From: Chiloscyllium plagiosum
Lineage: Eukaryota
Reading direction: 5' to 3'
Assembly (NCBI RefSeq): GCF_004010195.1
Contig: NC_057719.1
Span: 71,278,831-71,342,219 of the forward strand
DNA: 63,389 nt
The translations under genes and the position numbers were made by a program. Position 1 is the first letter of the stretch; every line of letters begins with the position of its first letter. The notes under the pieces were generated by a model. It worked only from the letters and a program-made list of their open reading frames with translations. It did no database searches and had not been told where the DNA came from. Below are positions 51,321 to 63,389 of this stretch, piece by piece.

Positions 51321-54300
51321 AGGATGCACCATTCATTCACTTATCCATTGTTATCCATCTACAAATCTGGCACTATTTTTCATTGCACTGGATGCTTTTC
51401 TTCTCTCCCTCCATGAACCTTAACCATACAGATGAGCTGAAGTTTATTTTGTAACTTGATGAAGGCTAAGTAAATCTTAGCTTTTAAATTAACAATTTCT
51501 TCTGGGGTTTGTCAGAAATTATTCAAATGAGCTGGAGTAAAAAAAAATTGACCCATTTCTCACCAGTAAGTTTGCAAATATATGTGAACAGCGTGGGGTG
51601 GGGTTGGATTTCAGCTATACTTCTAGTTGTCGTGAGGAAACTTTCACTTATCCAAGGATATGTTCTGAAAAGGACAGAATTAGGCAATTTAAAGCAGCAT
51701 TCTGCCAAATTGGAATAGTTACTGGTCTAGGGTCATTGTATCCTTATTTTTAATCAATGTCAGCACCAGGTGTTTGTTTGTTCACCATTTACTGTCATAT
51801 CATAAATGCCAGTGATTACTTTATTGAATTATGTTCAACATTTTCATGCCAATAGTTCCGTAAAGGGCAAAATGCAAGAAAGTACAGTCTATTGTAAAAA
51901 GTGAAACAAAATCACCATTCTATCAAACCTGTAAGGTAAACATCTTGACTAGTATTCATCCTTTGAACTAAAATGAACAAACCCTGTGCTTCCTTCCGAC
52001 ATGGTCGTCTCTGACTAATTGTATTAAACACTGGCGAAGGAAGAAGTCATGGGAATAGAGTAACAGTTTTCTTTCTTATAAATGTTCACAATGAAAATTC
52101 TCAACACATTTAAGTGTGTTCTTAATTGGTACAAATGAGGAACCAAATTACTGATAGAGCAACACCATCACAGTATGAGTCTGATAGATATTGAATTAAA
52201 TGTATTCTTAAACACTGCCATGTCTGCCCTTATCCCTAATATTCTATTAGTCATGACTGGAAAATGTGATTATGAGAAATAAATTGTGTTCCTGTTCCTA
52301 AATTTCTGTTAGGCCTTACACACATTCCAAAGTGCATTTTCTATTCTTCACTTGTGGGCTGCTTAAGGGAAGCACTAACAGTCTTTGGGAAACAACACCT
52401 GCAGTTTCATTCAAAAGCCTAACATTTCCAAACATCCTCTGAAGTGGTTGGTCATTGTTCTGAGATGGATAAAGACAAGGTTTTTACCTGACTAACAGAG
52501 ACATTCCAGCACCATCAGAGCTCTGAACACCCTCTCTATGGGTAATGAGTCCTGCTGGCTTTATTCTGCAAGACATTGAAAACCCACAGGGAAATGTGGT
52601 TGGATATAAAAAGAGGGTTGGGGATTTTAAATAAGTTTGCTATCCACAGATGCCATCAAGCTTTTATACCATTCATTTTATTTCTGCGGTCTTTATAAAG
52701 ACTCCCAAAGCTGTGGTCACCACTTCTGCAGCTATAACACACATAATTAGGCTGAAGTCTGCATTTCGTTCAATTAAATGCAGACATTTTTACTGAATAT
52801 CACAAAATAAGCACAAGTCAGTGAACATTTTATGCATTAAAAATGTGTTTGATTTACCAGACTCCTCTTTCTAAAAAAAATGTGGGAGAGAAGTGCAATT
52901 ATTTGATTATAATCTGTTGGACCAATGCCTATATATTTAAAGCTCTGTTTGATGTAGTTTATATTTTATAATTGGATTGCAGTTACTTTCTTTCAATGAT
53001 TACTTTTTAAAACTTCATTCTTCAAAGCAAATTTTGCTACTAAATAAAATCCGCTTTTAAGTTTGTCAGCCAGAGCAAATGAAAATTCTTTTTATTTTCT
53101 CGGGGAAATAATAGCCTTTTAATTTTTTAAGGCTCTTGAACCTGATGATTCCACATTTGTAAGAAGAACTAAATTACCTCAGTGGTCAGAAAGGTATTTA
53201 AATGTAACCAGAAACCAAAGCAGAATCTTTTTCATCTTTGTGCTTCATAAGCCCATTCTCAAGTACAAACATTTCTATATGGGCTTCAAGCCAAATTTAC
53301 ACAACCATCAACAGAGGAGGGCAAATGATAGTGCACATTATACACCTAGGGACAAATGGAAGAGAGAGTAGATTATGTTTTGCCACACACATTCTTACTT
53401 GAGGGTCGCACCAAATAAATGTACCCAGAAAATGAACATATTCGGAAATGAAATGTGAGCCAGCCAAAGGTGGGAACAGAACTGTGTTAATGTATGTTCA
53501 TATATTTGTCCAGATTTTCCTTTATTTCTCTCCTACATTGTCAAATATTTCTACTTAAGATAAATGCAACCTCTTTGATGTAATCTCTGCCTTTAATTCC
53601 AATGCATCCACTTCTAAATTTTTCACCCTCAGTCTAATTGCAATTATTGCAAAGAATTGTGACCTTGCTACTTAATCTTCTTTTTGCTGTGCACACTCAC
53701 TTAAAACATTCTTGTCTGTTCAGCTTGCCAAGTGGATGTTGAATGGCAACCCCATGGTTAATTGATCCTAAGATTTCCAGCTGAGTCCACATACCTTCTT
53801 TGGGTACCAAGTCTTCTCCAGCTGTTTCGTGAAGAATGGGAAGATTAAGCACAAATGGCAACCTTAAGCAGATACTTCCTGCTCTGCAGTTTACATTAGG
53901 TCATTGATATGTCACTTCTAAAACCAATGTTGGACAAATACAGGCATCACTTATCATGAATGGGTTGGTGGAGGCCCACAGTTGGTGTGATATTTAAGAA
54001 ATTTAAATGGCTTCATTCTGTAAAGGCATCAGTATGATCTTTCCAAAAAGCCTGGTGATTCATTTAAGAATTTTCATTTAATTAATCAGTATTTTGAGCT
54101 GCTAAAATAATTAAAAATTATTTTTTCATAAAAGCTATTCCTTGTGTTCTCCATCTCACTCCTGATCTGTGTTCGTGACATTCCATTACGTAATTCTGAC
54201 ATTAGTTTGTGGGCAGCAAAGTGTTTTTATTTTGAACGGAAAATAAGGGACTGTGTTGAGGTTTTTATGGTCAGGTATTTCTAGTGACCGAGGTTTCCTT

Positions 54301-54712
54301 ACTAGCAGTAGCAGAAAATCACACTTTGCATCTAGTTCCATACTCTATCAAGCTTCCATTATTTTGACATGCTATTAATATCTATCAAATACAAAATCAG
54401 TGATGATTTTTATTGGGTATGTCAGGAAGTTACTTTATCAATGTAATCAGAAGGAATCGCACAGAATTTTTCAAAGCTGTTTACTGTGTGTCATGGCTCC
54501 AAAGTGCTTAGCCTACAGAAGGGAAGTGTTCTTATCTTCTCCAGTAGATGAGGTAATGCAGAGTTGCTTGATTGCATGTAGTCGGAGAAAATGAGCAAAG
54601 TGCCCTTTCCTATGCCATGTTTAAACATTTGCTGGCAATGAGTGATATGATTTCCATAGGGTAAAACACCACCCCCATTATGTTATGACCTGAGTGCTTC
54701 TCTATATGTTAG

Positions 54713-54808
54713 AGGAGAAAGTGAGGTCTGCAGATGCTGGAGATCAAAAATGAGTGATATGATTTCCATAGGGTAAAACACCACCCCGTTCCAGCAATAA
54801 AGTTTCAA
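54713..54808. mobile_element. Internally replaced pLTR hairpin element with 16-bp TSD
   Basis: Ends GGAGAAAGTGAGGTCTGCAGATGCTGGAGATC and GTTCCAGCAATAAAGTTTCAA; TSD CTTCTCTATATGTTAG at 54697-54712 and 54809-54824. Confidence 0.8.
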
Positions 54809-54859
54809 CTTCTCTATATGTTAGCCCATGTAACATACATCACAAAGACAGAGTTCTTG

Positions 54860-56000
54860 TTGTGATAGATGTCTTGAAGTTTCTTAGCAACACTATATAT
54901 ACTGATATGTCTCAGGCTTGCATATAGTGTGACTTTTATGCTTACCTATGTTACTATTATAGTATATATGGATAACTGACTCACTGACTGCACTGCACTG
55001 CACAGACTGCTCAATTAATTGACTGCTTAACCAAGAGTAAGATGAAGATCTTTTATCCCAGAGCATTAAATGGTGGTGTCTGTTTAAAGATAGTGTTTAA
55101 AGAATCTAAAATGAACTCAAATGTAACATTGGAAGAATCCTAAGATATACTGGCTCAGCCAGAAGATTTTGTACAAGAAAGCTAACAGAAAATCAGAAAT
55201 GGAACTTGGAAAAATCTATACAGCAAAAAACTTTAAAGAATGTGTTGAAAAGGATAGGAATCCGTGACTTTGAAGACTCTTGGAGGTGATCTTTAGGCAG
55301 TGGTGAAGAGAAAGTATAATTCAGCCTGATAACATCTCTACTGGTGGTAAATCCTCTACAAATTGAAGATTGGTAGGTTGGCAGTATTGTGGAAATGGGG
55401 AAAATCTGTTAACTGCCTGTAACTGTAGAAACCACCTGATGATCAGGGAAAAATCACATTACCAACAAAAGAGGTAGCAATTCTTGCTGTCAGTGATAGA
55501 GAAACCACATCATAGCAGACGTAGCAAATAAAATCTAAACAATGTTATGAACACCATGAGAAAATTGTTACTAGCTAGGAGTTTCTGCAAGTTCAGCTAA
55601 AAGCAGATATCCTTAACTCGAGCAACTACAGAAGACTATACATTTTATATGATCTAGAATGCTGACCCAGTTGATATTCTTGCATATGCAACAAACTGAC
55701 ACTGATTATATCATTCTGCTTAGTTCATATCACCTTCATGTAATTTGGAGAATGTGGACATTTCATGCAGTAGAAAGTGCAAATTAAAATGGATGAAATT
55801 AAAAGAGCAGTTGCTACAGATGAACAAATTACAAATTCACAGCTCATTTTCATTGTTATAATATTGAAGCTAATTATTGTGAGCACAGTTTCATGTGTGT
55901 CATCATGATTACAAGATCTATTGTGAGTAAGGTAACAATGATATTTGACAGATTAGTTCATTTTTAGTATGAATTTTATCTGCCATACATTCTGTGCCGA
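54860..56000 (+). mobile_element. Highly decayed Gypsy/Ty3 LTR retrotransposon remnant
   Basis: RNase H-like ARSF..SAKSRYP*LEQ (55574-55626; cf. ASRSLT.AE.RY.QLEKE), MDEIKRAVATDEQ, gag-like VTLEES. Confidence 0.4.
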
Positions 56001-56561
56001 GACAGAACATTTAGACAGTAAGAATAATTACATTCTGTAATTGGTGTACTTTAGAGTCCGATTAGACTGAGTATAGAAGGAGCATTACTGTTGAGATAGA
56101 AAACAAAACAAAAATCAAGGATATCAGCAAGATTTGCAATTCCTTAACGCCTGCTGCACAGTTTCTTAAATGGAACTACTGATACTGAATTTAAATTCAT
56201 AAAGCTTAAATTATACCAGATCTAAATAGAAAAAAGGTCCAATTTCATTCTATTTCCTCCTGCAGAATACTGTCTGTTTCTCACTGTTTTTGTTGAATAA
56301 AACTATCCCAGGCAAACAAGCATTCCAAATTTCATTAGGCCGATGAGAAAAATGAGTAGCTGATAGAATTTAATCCAATCATAAATGACTAAAACCTCAG
56401 CTTGAGCGAGAAAATCTGGACAATGAGAGAGGTAAAGGATTAAAATGAAAGTCAACATTCTTGAAGGCATAGCCTCATTTATTTCTTCATATCTGTTTGT
56501 TCCTGCTTCTTTTAATTAATTTCTCCCTCTTGCTACTCCCCTTGCTTTTTGTATTCTGTAG

Positions 56562-56791
56562 GAGAAAGTGAGGTCTGCAGATGCTGGAGATCAGAGCTGA
56601 AAATGTGTTGCTGGAACAGCGCAGCAGGTCAGACAGCATCCAGGGAACAGGAGAATCGACGTTTCGGGCATAAGCCCTTCTTCAGGAAACCTTCAGGATT
56701 CCTGAAGAAGGGCTTATGCCCGAAACGTCGATTCTCCTGTTCCCTGGATGCTGCCTGACCTGCTGCGCTGTTCCAGCAACACATTTTCAGC
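56562..56791. mobile_element. Young inverted-repeat Penelope pLTR-derived element with 15-bp TSD
   Basis: 94-bp arms 56595-56688 / 56699-56792 with one visible mismatch; TSD TTTTGTATTCTGTAG at 56547-56561 and 56792-56806. Confidence 0.92.
56700..56731 (+). ncRNA. Minimal hammerhead ribozyme motif (mirror copy on minus strand at 56658-56685)
   Basis: CUGAAGA-A-[GGGC UUAU GCCC]-GAAAC-GUC; activity not shown. Confidence 0.65.
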
Positions 56792-56939
56792 TTTTGTATT
56801 CTGTAGTCAATCTGCTCACAAAGGGGAGATGCAGAAGGAACAAATTTTCAAAGAGTTTGCTAGAGCAGATTTCTTTCACAGGCAAGAGAACAAGAAACCT
56901 TGGATTTCAAGGAGAAATTGGACAGGCCTTTGCATTCTT

Positions 56940-58960
56940 TATTCATTCATGGGACGTGGTCATCACTAAGTGGCCAGTGTTTTTTGCTTACCCAGATTTG
57001 CCCTTGAGAAGATTAGATTACTTACAGATTAGATTACTTACAGTGTGGAAACAGGCCCTTCGGCCCAACAAGTCCACACCGACCCGCCGAAGTGTACCCA
57101 CCCAGACCCATTCCCCTACATTTACCCCTTCACCTAACACTAAAGGCAATTTAGCATGGCCAATTCACCTAACCTGCACATCTTTGGACTGTGGGAGGAA
57201 ACCAGAGCACCCAGAGGAAACCCATGCAGACACGGGGAGAATGTGCAAACTCCACACAGAGAGTCGCCTGAGGTGGGAATGGAACCCGGGTCTCTGGCGC
57301 TGTGAGGCAGCAGTGCTAACCACTGTGCCACCGTGCCGCCCACAAATGATGGTGAGCTGCTTTCTTCAAATGCTAAAGTCCATTTGGTGTAGTAGCGACA
57401 CCCACAGTACGTTTGAGAGGGAGTTCCAGGGGTTTGACCTCGTGACAATGGATAAGTGATATTTTTCCAAGTCAGGATAGTGAGGGGCTTGGAAGGGAGT
57501 TTTCAGGGCTTTTTTATATTCATTTGTGGGACGTGGGCATTACTGATAGGCCAACATTTATTGCCTGACCCTCGTTACCCTTGAGAAGGTGGTGGTGAGC
57601 TGTCTTCTTGAAGTGCTGCAGTCCACGTGCTGTGGATTGACCCACAATGCCATTAGGGAGGGAATTCCAGGATTCTGACCCAGTGACAGTGAAAGAACAG
57701 TGATATATTTCCAAGTCAGGATGGTGAGTAGCTTGAAGGGAAACTTGAAGATAGTGGTGGTGCTTCCATGTATCTGCTACCCTTATTAACCTTTTAAACG
57801 AGGGCACGGTTTCAAAGGTACTGTCAGAGGAGCTTTAGTTAAGGGACTGAAAGGCGAAGGCAGTAGATGGGGTGTCAGCAAGATGGCTATCAAGCTTTTT
57901 TGAATGTTGTTGGAGCTGCACTTATCCAGCCAGGTGGAGATTATTCATTACACTCCAGCTCCATGCCTGGTAGAAGGTGGACAAACTCAGGAAAGACAGA
58001 AGGTGAGTTACTCACTGCTAGCGTCTGACCTGGTCTTGTAGTCGCAGTACTTCTATGGCTAATTCACAAAAGCCATTCACCCCCACCTTCTCCAAGGTAA
58101 TTATGGATGAGCAATATTGCTAGAGTATCCTGCGACATCCCTTGACTAAACACAAGTTTAGTTCTGTGCTCTTAGCACTGTCAGTGCATCCTTCAAGGGG
58201 TCTTCCATATGGAGGTACACTTATTCATCAAGAGGGTTTGGGCGAGTTGGCGTGGTGGGCAGTAAATGGTAATCAGCAAAAGGCTTATTTGCCCATGTTT
58301 GACCTGATGCTGAGAGATCTTGTGGGACCCAAATGAATGGTGTGCACTTTTTAGTAACTCCTTCCTGACCATATACTGTGGTATCAGCTTCTCTGCTGGG
58401 GCTGTCCTGCTGATAGGACAAGATATAACCTGCAGCAGTAGTAGTGATGTCTGGAAAATTGTGCATAAGGTATGATTCTGCAAGTGTGACTATTCCTGTG
58501 TTTTGTTTGACCAGTCATTGGACTGCTGTCTCAATTTTGGCACCGCTATTGCTAAGGTGGTCTTTATAGGATAGACAGGGCTGTGTTCTCCATTGTTGTT
58601 GTTGTTGGTGCTCGATGACAGGTGATCTGACCCATTTCATTCTTTTGCTTAAACATTGTAGCAGCTTGATACAACTGAATGGCTTGTAGATTGTTTCAGA
58701 GAGCAGTTAAGAGTCAGCCACGTTGCTGTGGATCAGGGGTCAATTGCAGATCAGATCAGATAAACTTGTTGCAATTCCTTCCTAAAGGACAGTAGTGAAC
58801 CAATCCACAGTGGTTACATTACCGCCATTAGACTAGTTTTTAATTCCAGATTTTGTTGAATTCACATACCACCATTTGCCATGTTGGGATTTTAAAACAT
58901 ATGCCTGAAATGTTAGTCTGGGAAACTAGATTACTTGGCCCAGTGACATTACCACCCACT
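56940..58960 (-). mobile_element. Internally deleted LINE derivative with tRNA-SINE-like 5' end and duplicated 3' tail
   Basis: Head matches SINEs at 13055 and 42325; endonuclease-like QVKHGQISLLLITIYCPP; 3' tail 57520-57790 homologous to 9693-9962; second tail copy 56940-57510. Confidence 0.6.
57012..57341 (-). mobile_element. HE1 SINE, full length, young
   Basis: Minus strand GGGCGGCACGGTGGCACAGTGGTTAGCACTGCTGCCTCACAGCGCC...GGGCCTGTTTCCACACTGTAAGTAATCTAATC. Confidence 0.95.
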
Positions 58961-59109
58961 GACTCATTGCCCTCACACTTCCTGTCTCCACTTTCACCGT
59001 TTTTCCAAACAGAACTTTCTGCCTCTTACTTTTTCATCTGTTTGTATACAATAAATCTCAAAAACAAATGGATGGATAAATCTGCTACACCAGTACGAGC
59101 TGATCAAAG

Positions 59110-60530
59110 GTCAGCACAGCACAGGAACAGGCCCATTGGCCCTCCAAGCCTGTGCCACCACATTTTGCCCTTCCATGCTAAAACTGTCTTCACTTACAGG
59201 ATTCATATCCCTCTATTCCCTTCCCATTTATGTATTCATCCAGGTGCTTCATGAATGCTGCTATTGTGTCTTCTTCCACCATCTTCTCTGGAAGTGCATT
59301 CCAAACACTCCCCACCCTTTGTGTGAAAAACTTGCCTCGCACATCTGTTTTAAACTTTGCCCCCTTGCACCTTGAACCTGTGTCGCCTCGTAATTGACTC
59401 TTCAACCTTGGGAAAAAGCCTCATACTTTCCACTCTATCATTGCCATTCACAATCTTATAAACTTCTATTGGATCATCCCTCAACCTCTTGCATAGCAGC
59501 GAAAACAAACCCAGTCTATCCAACCTTGCTTCATAGCTAAAATTCCCCATACCAGGCAACATCCTGGTAAACCTTTTCTGTACTCTCTCCAAAGCATCCA
59601 CATTCTTCTGGTAGTGTGGTGACCAGAACTGTACACAATATTCCGAGTGTGGCCTAACTGAAGTTCGAGAAAGCTGCAGCATAACTTCTCCATCCTTATA
59701 CTTAATGCCCCATCCAATGCAAGCAAGAAGGCATAGGCCTTTTTTATTACATTATCTACCTGCGCTGTCACCTTTAGTGACCTGTAGATCTGCACACCCT
59801 GGTCCCTTTCCATATTAATCTTCCTAAGCGTTCTGCCATCCACTGTGTAATTTCCACTGTAGTTGACCAACCAAAATGCATCATCTCTCATTTGTTGGAA
59901 ATAAATTCCATCTGCCATTTTTCTGCCTATGCCTCCAATTGATCTATATCCTCTGACAATCCTTCTCACTATCCGCAACTCCACCAATCTTTGTGTCATC
60001 CACATGCTTACTAATTACACCAGCTACATTTTCTGCCAAATCATTTATGTAGGTCACGAACAGCAGAGGTCCCAGCACTGATTCCTGTGGAACACCACTA
60101 GTCACAGCCCTCCATTCCAAAAAGCATTCTTCCACTGTTACCCTCGATCTCCTATGACTAAGTCAATTCTGTATCCATCTTGCCAGCTTACCCCTGAAGC
60201 CATGTTACTTCACCTTTTGTACCAGTTTGCCATGAGGGACCTTGTCAAAGATTTTACTGAAATCCATGTAGACAAGATCAATCATTTTTCCCTCAATCAT
60301 CTGCGTCACCTCCTCAAAAAACTCGATCAAGTTAGTAAGGCGCGACCTCCCCCACACAAAACAATGCTGTCTGTCACTAATGTATCCATTTGCGTCTAAA
60401 TCCATATAGATCTTCTCTCTGAGAAGCTTTTCCAATAATTTCCAATAAAACCACCGAAGTGAGACTCACAGGCCAGTAATTTCCAGGATTATCCCTGCTA
60501 CACTTCTTAAACAGTGGGACAACATTGGCT
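59110..60530 (-). mobile_element. CR1 LINE, 5'-truncated
   Basis: LTNLIEFFEEVT, DFSKIFDKVPH, SGVPQESVLGP, VRPHSEYCVQFWSPH, GKFFTQRV. Confidence 0.95.
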
Positions 60531-62405
60531 AACTGATCCAAGTAAGAGCTCATTAATTTGTGTTGAAGATGCAGATCCAGACCTTGGAAGTGTTTAAAGA
60601 ATCTATTAACATGGAGAAATAGGGTGAACTCACTTCTTTACAGAATTCTTTTATTTAGAATATTGTTTTTTCCGCCCAAAAATGTTGTGGATTGTCTCTT
60701 CTGCTGCTGTAGAATTTGTTATGGTGTCAAAATGTGAGTAGGCATTTCAGAGCAGATTGGTGGATGTGAATTGACCTGAGGTCTCCTCAGTGAGATGGAA
60801 GCCCTCAAGGAAGAGATGTATCATTATAAAAGCATTGCATTAACACAATATGGCTGAGGCATAGATTCTATTCAGTGTCCTTTTTATTTGTTATTGAAAG
60901 GAATTTAAAGCTCTTGGAAATGAATCAAGAAAATACTGTAGATAGATTAAATTTAGACTTCTGCTCGATATTGTTACTAAATATTTTTTATTGATTTATT
61001 AATATGCACTAAGAGCAAATAATTGCATTGATGCGTATTGGTTGCATTTATATTTTTGTAACATCCTTAACTCTATCCCTTCTAATATGTACCACTAGCA
61101 AATATAGATTTATAATTTGAGATATATATTTCATTGTAATTGCAAGTAGGAACTGTAAGTTACTCCCTATTAAGTCTGTTGAAAAATTGTAGCCTTTCAA
61201 ATTGTATAATTTCATGAATGGAGAGAAACACTAATACTAATTTGCTCATTTTGCAATAACTTCAACAACAAGAAGAAAAAAATGTTTCAATGATAATAAT
61301 ATTGGAATAGCTCTAATATGTTCCTACTTTAGAACAAAATCAGATCTATTAGTCTAGGATACTTGAGTTACAGTCTGAGGTTCCCAACAAGCTATTATCT
61401 TAATCATCTCCATGTCTTAATATGTTGATGGAGATGCAAGTTTCTTTAAAAATCCCGAAAGAGTCCACTCCAGTTTGTGCTTTCAAATGACAATATCCAC
61501 TGCAGTATTTGAAGCAGTGCAGCTGTCCTGTTGATGTCAGTTTCTGATTGCTTTTGTAATGCCAGTTGTAGTACTTACTTCCTAGAGTGTCCCTGAATGG
61601 TTTGTTTCTAACCTTGTCTTGTCAACTCTCCAGGTACTGTAAGCAAGTTAGTTGTTGCATTGACCAATAAACTGCTTGACAGTTAGAGTTAAAGAGCCAT
61701 GGTAAACAGATATTGTTAGTTCACTGTGTTTATGAATGCACAAAAATACAAAGCCTAAAAAAGTGCTCCATATGGCTGTTATTGATTTCCTCCCTCAAGT
61801 GTCTGTCCATCATCCTCCACACCAAAGCATTAATGCTAAAGTCTTTGTGCACCTTGCATCTTCTAAGGCTGAACCTGCATCTCCTAGATCAAAAGTTTGT
61901 CTTGCAAGGGTCAGTGTGATATATTTGTTTCACTATGATGTGTCCTGCTAATTCACTATCACCTTGGAATAAGACACCATAGTGAACTGAACAGTCCAAA
62001 TACAAGTCAAGTTGGTATCTTAACTAACCCTATGATTTATTAAATAAAATTCAGCATACATCATGTGTACAAGTCTGAAAGGGAGTATCTGAAGGGAAAG
62101 AGTAGGTTTGACACACTAAATGTTCAGACAAAGGATGGAATCTTCTCTGGGTCTGAGCGACGTAGGCCATGGCTGGAATTGTGGCAGAATCGCAAACACT
62201 GGAGCAACTCACTGCACCTTTGTACATTTGCTAACAGCCTGGTGGGACTCTTAGTCAGCAGCAGTGTGTTATCAACTAAGGGAATTTACAACTTGTAAAA
62301 TGCCTTAGCCTTATTAATGCCGCAACTCGCCTCACCACTATCAGCTTCCTATCTTATTAAAGGTATCAAATAAGCTCGACAGTGGGAATTCTTGACCCAG
62401 ATGTC

Positions 62406-63389
62406 AGAACATAGAACATAGAACATAACAGCGCAGTACAGGCCCTTTGGCCCTCGAAGTTGCATTGACATGCCATATCAATCTGAAGCCCATCTAACCT
62501 ACACTATTCCATGTACATCCATATGCTTGTCCAATGACGACTTAAATGTACTTAAAGTTGACGAATCTACTACCATTGCAGGCAAAGCATTCCATACCCT
62601 TACTGCTCTCTGAGTAAAGAAACTACCTCTGACATCTGTCCTCTATCTATCACCCCTCAATTTAAAGTAATGCCCCCTCATGCTCGCTGTCACCATACTT
62701 GGAAAAAGGCTCTCCCTGTCCACCCTATCCAACCCTCTGATTATCTTAAATGTCCCTATTAAGTCACCTATGAACCTTCTTCTCTCTAACGAAAACAGCC
62801 TCAAGGCCCTCAGCCTTTCCTCGTAAGACCTTCCCTCCATACCAGGCAACATCCTAGTAAATCTCCTCTGCACCCTTTCCAAAGCTTCCACATCCTTCTT
62901 ATAATGCGGTGACCAGAACTGCACACAATACTCCAAGTACGGCCGCACCAGAGTTTTGTACAGCTGAAGCATAAACTCATGGTTCCAAACTCGATCCCTC
63001 TATTGATAAAAGCTAAAACACTGTATGCCTTCTTAACAACCCTGTCAACCTGGGTGGCAACTTTCAAGGATCTGTGTACCTGGACCCCGAGATCGCTCTG
63101 CTCATCTACACTACCAAGAATCTTACCATTAGCCCAGTACTTTGCATTCTGGTTACTCCGACCAAGGTGAATCACCTCACACTTGTCCGCATTAAACTCC
63201 ATTTGCCACCTCTCAGCCCAGCTCTGCAGCTTATCTATGTCTCTCTGTAACCTACAACATCCTTCGTCATTATCCACAACTCCACCGACCTTAGTGTCGT
63301 CTGCAAATTTACTAACCCACCCTTCTACGCCCTCATCCAGGTTGTTTATAAAACTGACGAACAGCAGTGGACCCAACACCAACCCTTGC
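62406..63389 (-). mobile_element. CR1 LINE 3' part (continues beyond window)
   Basis: VLGPLLF..FINNLDEG..SKFADDTK...QMEFNADKCEVIHLG; tail repeat (AGAACAT)n. Confidence 0.95.

Noticed and set aside
56716..57459. 247-aa ORF
   Set aside because: Chance read-through of a pLTR arm, unique DNA and an antisense HE1 SINE
61580..61915. Candidate exons with plausible splice sites (plus ~61800-61909; minus ~61580-61637)
   Set aside because: No recognisable protein in the open frames; the minus-strand candidate has stops in all three frames; a non-coding exon cannot be excluded

Overview
Eukaryotic, AT-rich, non-genic-looking DNA from a cartilaginous fish (HE1 SINEs and shark-type CR1, L2, RTE and Penelope repeats; a carpet shark is a guess). 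I found no confidently supported host protein-coding exon. Nearly all long ORFs are decayed retroelement or transposon fragments. Contents: about 10 CR1 LINE fragments, RTE, L2, Tx1-like and Gypsy remnants, HE1, Deu-type and other tRNA-derived SINEs, two decayed two-gene PIF/Harbinger transposons (Myb/SANT plus transposase), and a 721-nt N gap. A repeat-poor ~11 kb block (20.4-31.3 kb) carries several DR1 nuclear-receptor motifs and looks like enhancer-rich intergenic or intronic DNA. The most notable observations are: (1) a dispersed family of ~230-bp inverted-repeat Penelope-derived elements with 12-16 bp target-site duplications and a minimal hammerhead-ribozyme core on each strand; (2) a probable non-autonomous retroposon with a central 30-bp VNTR (SVA-like layout), later split by a CR1; (3) a copy of the hairpin element whose centre was replaced by a templated copy of flanking DNA. 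Repeat-family calls come from motif recognition, not database searches, and boundaries are approximate.
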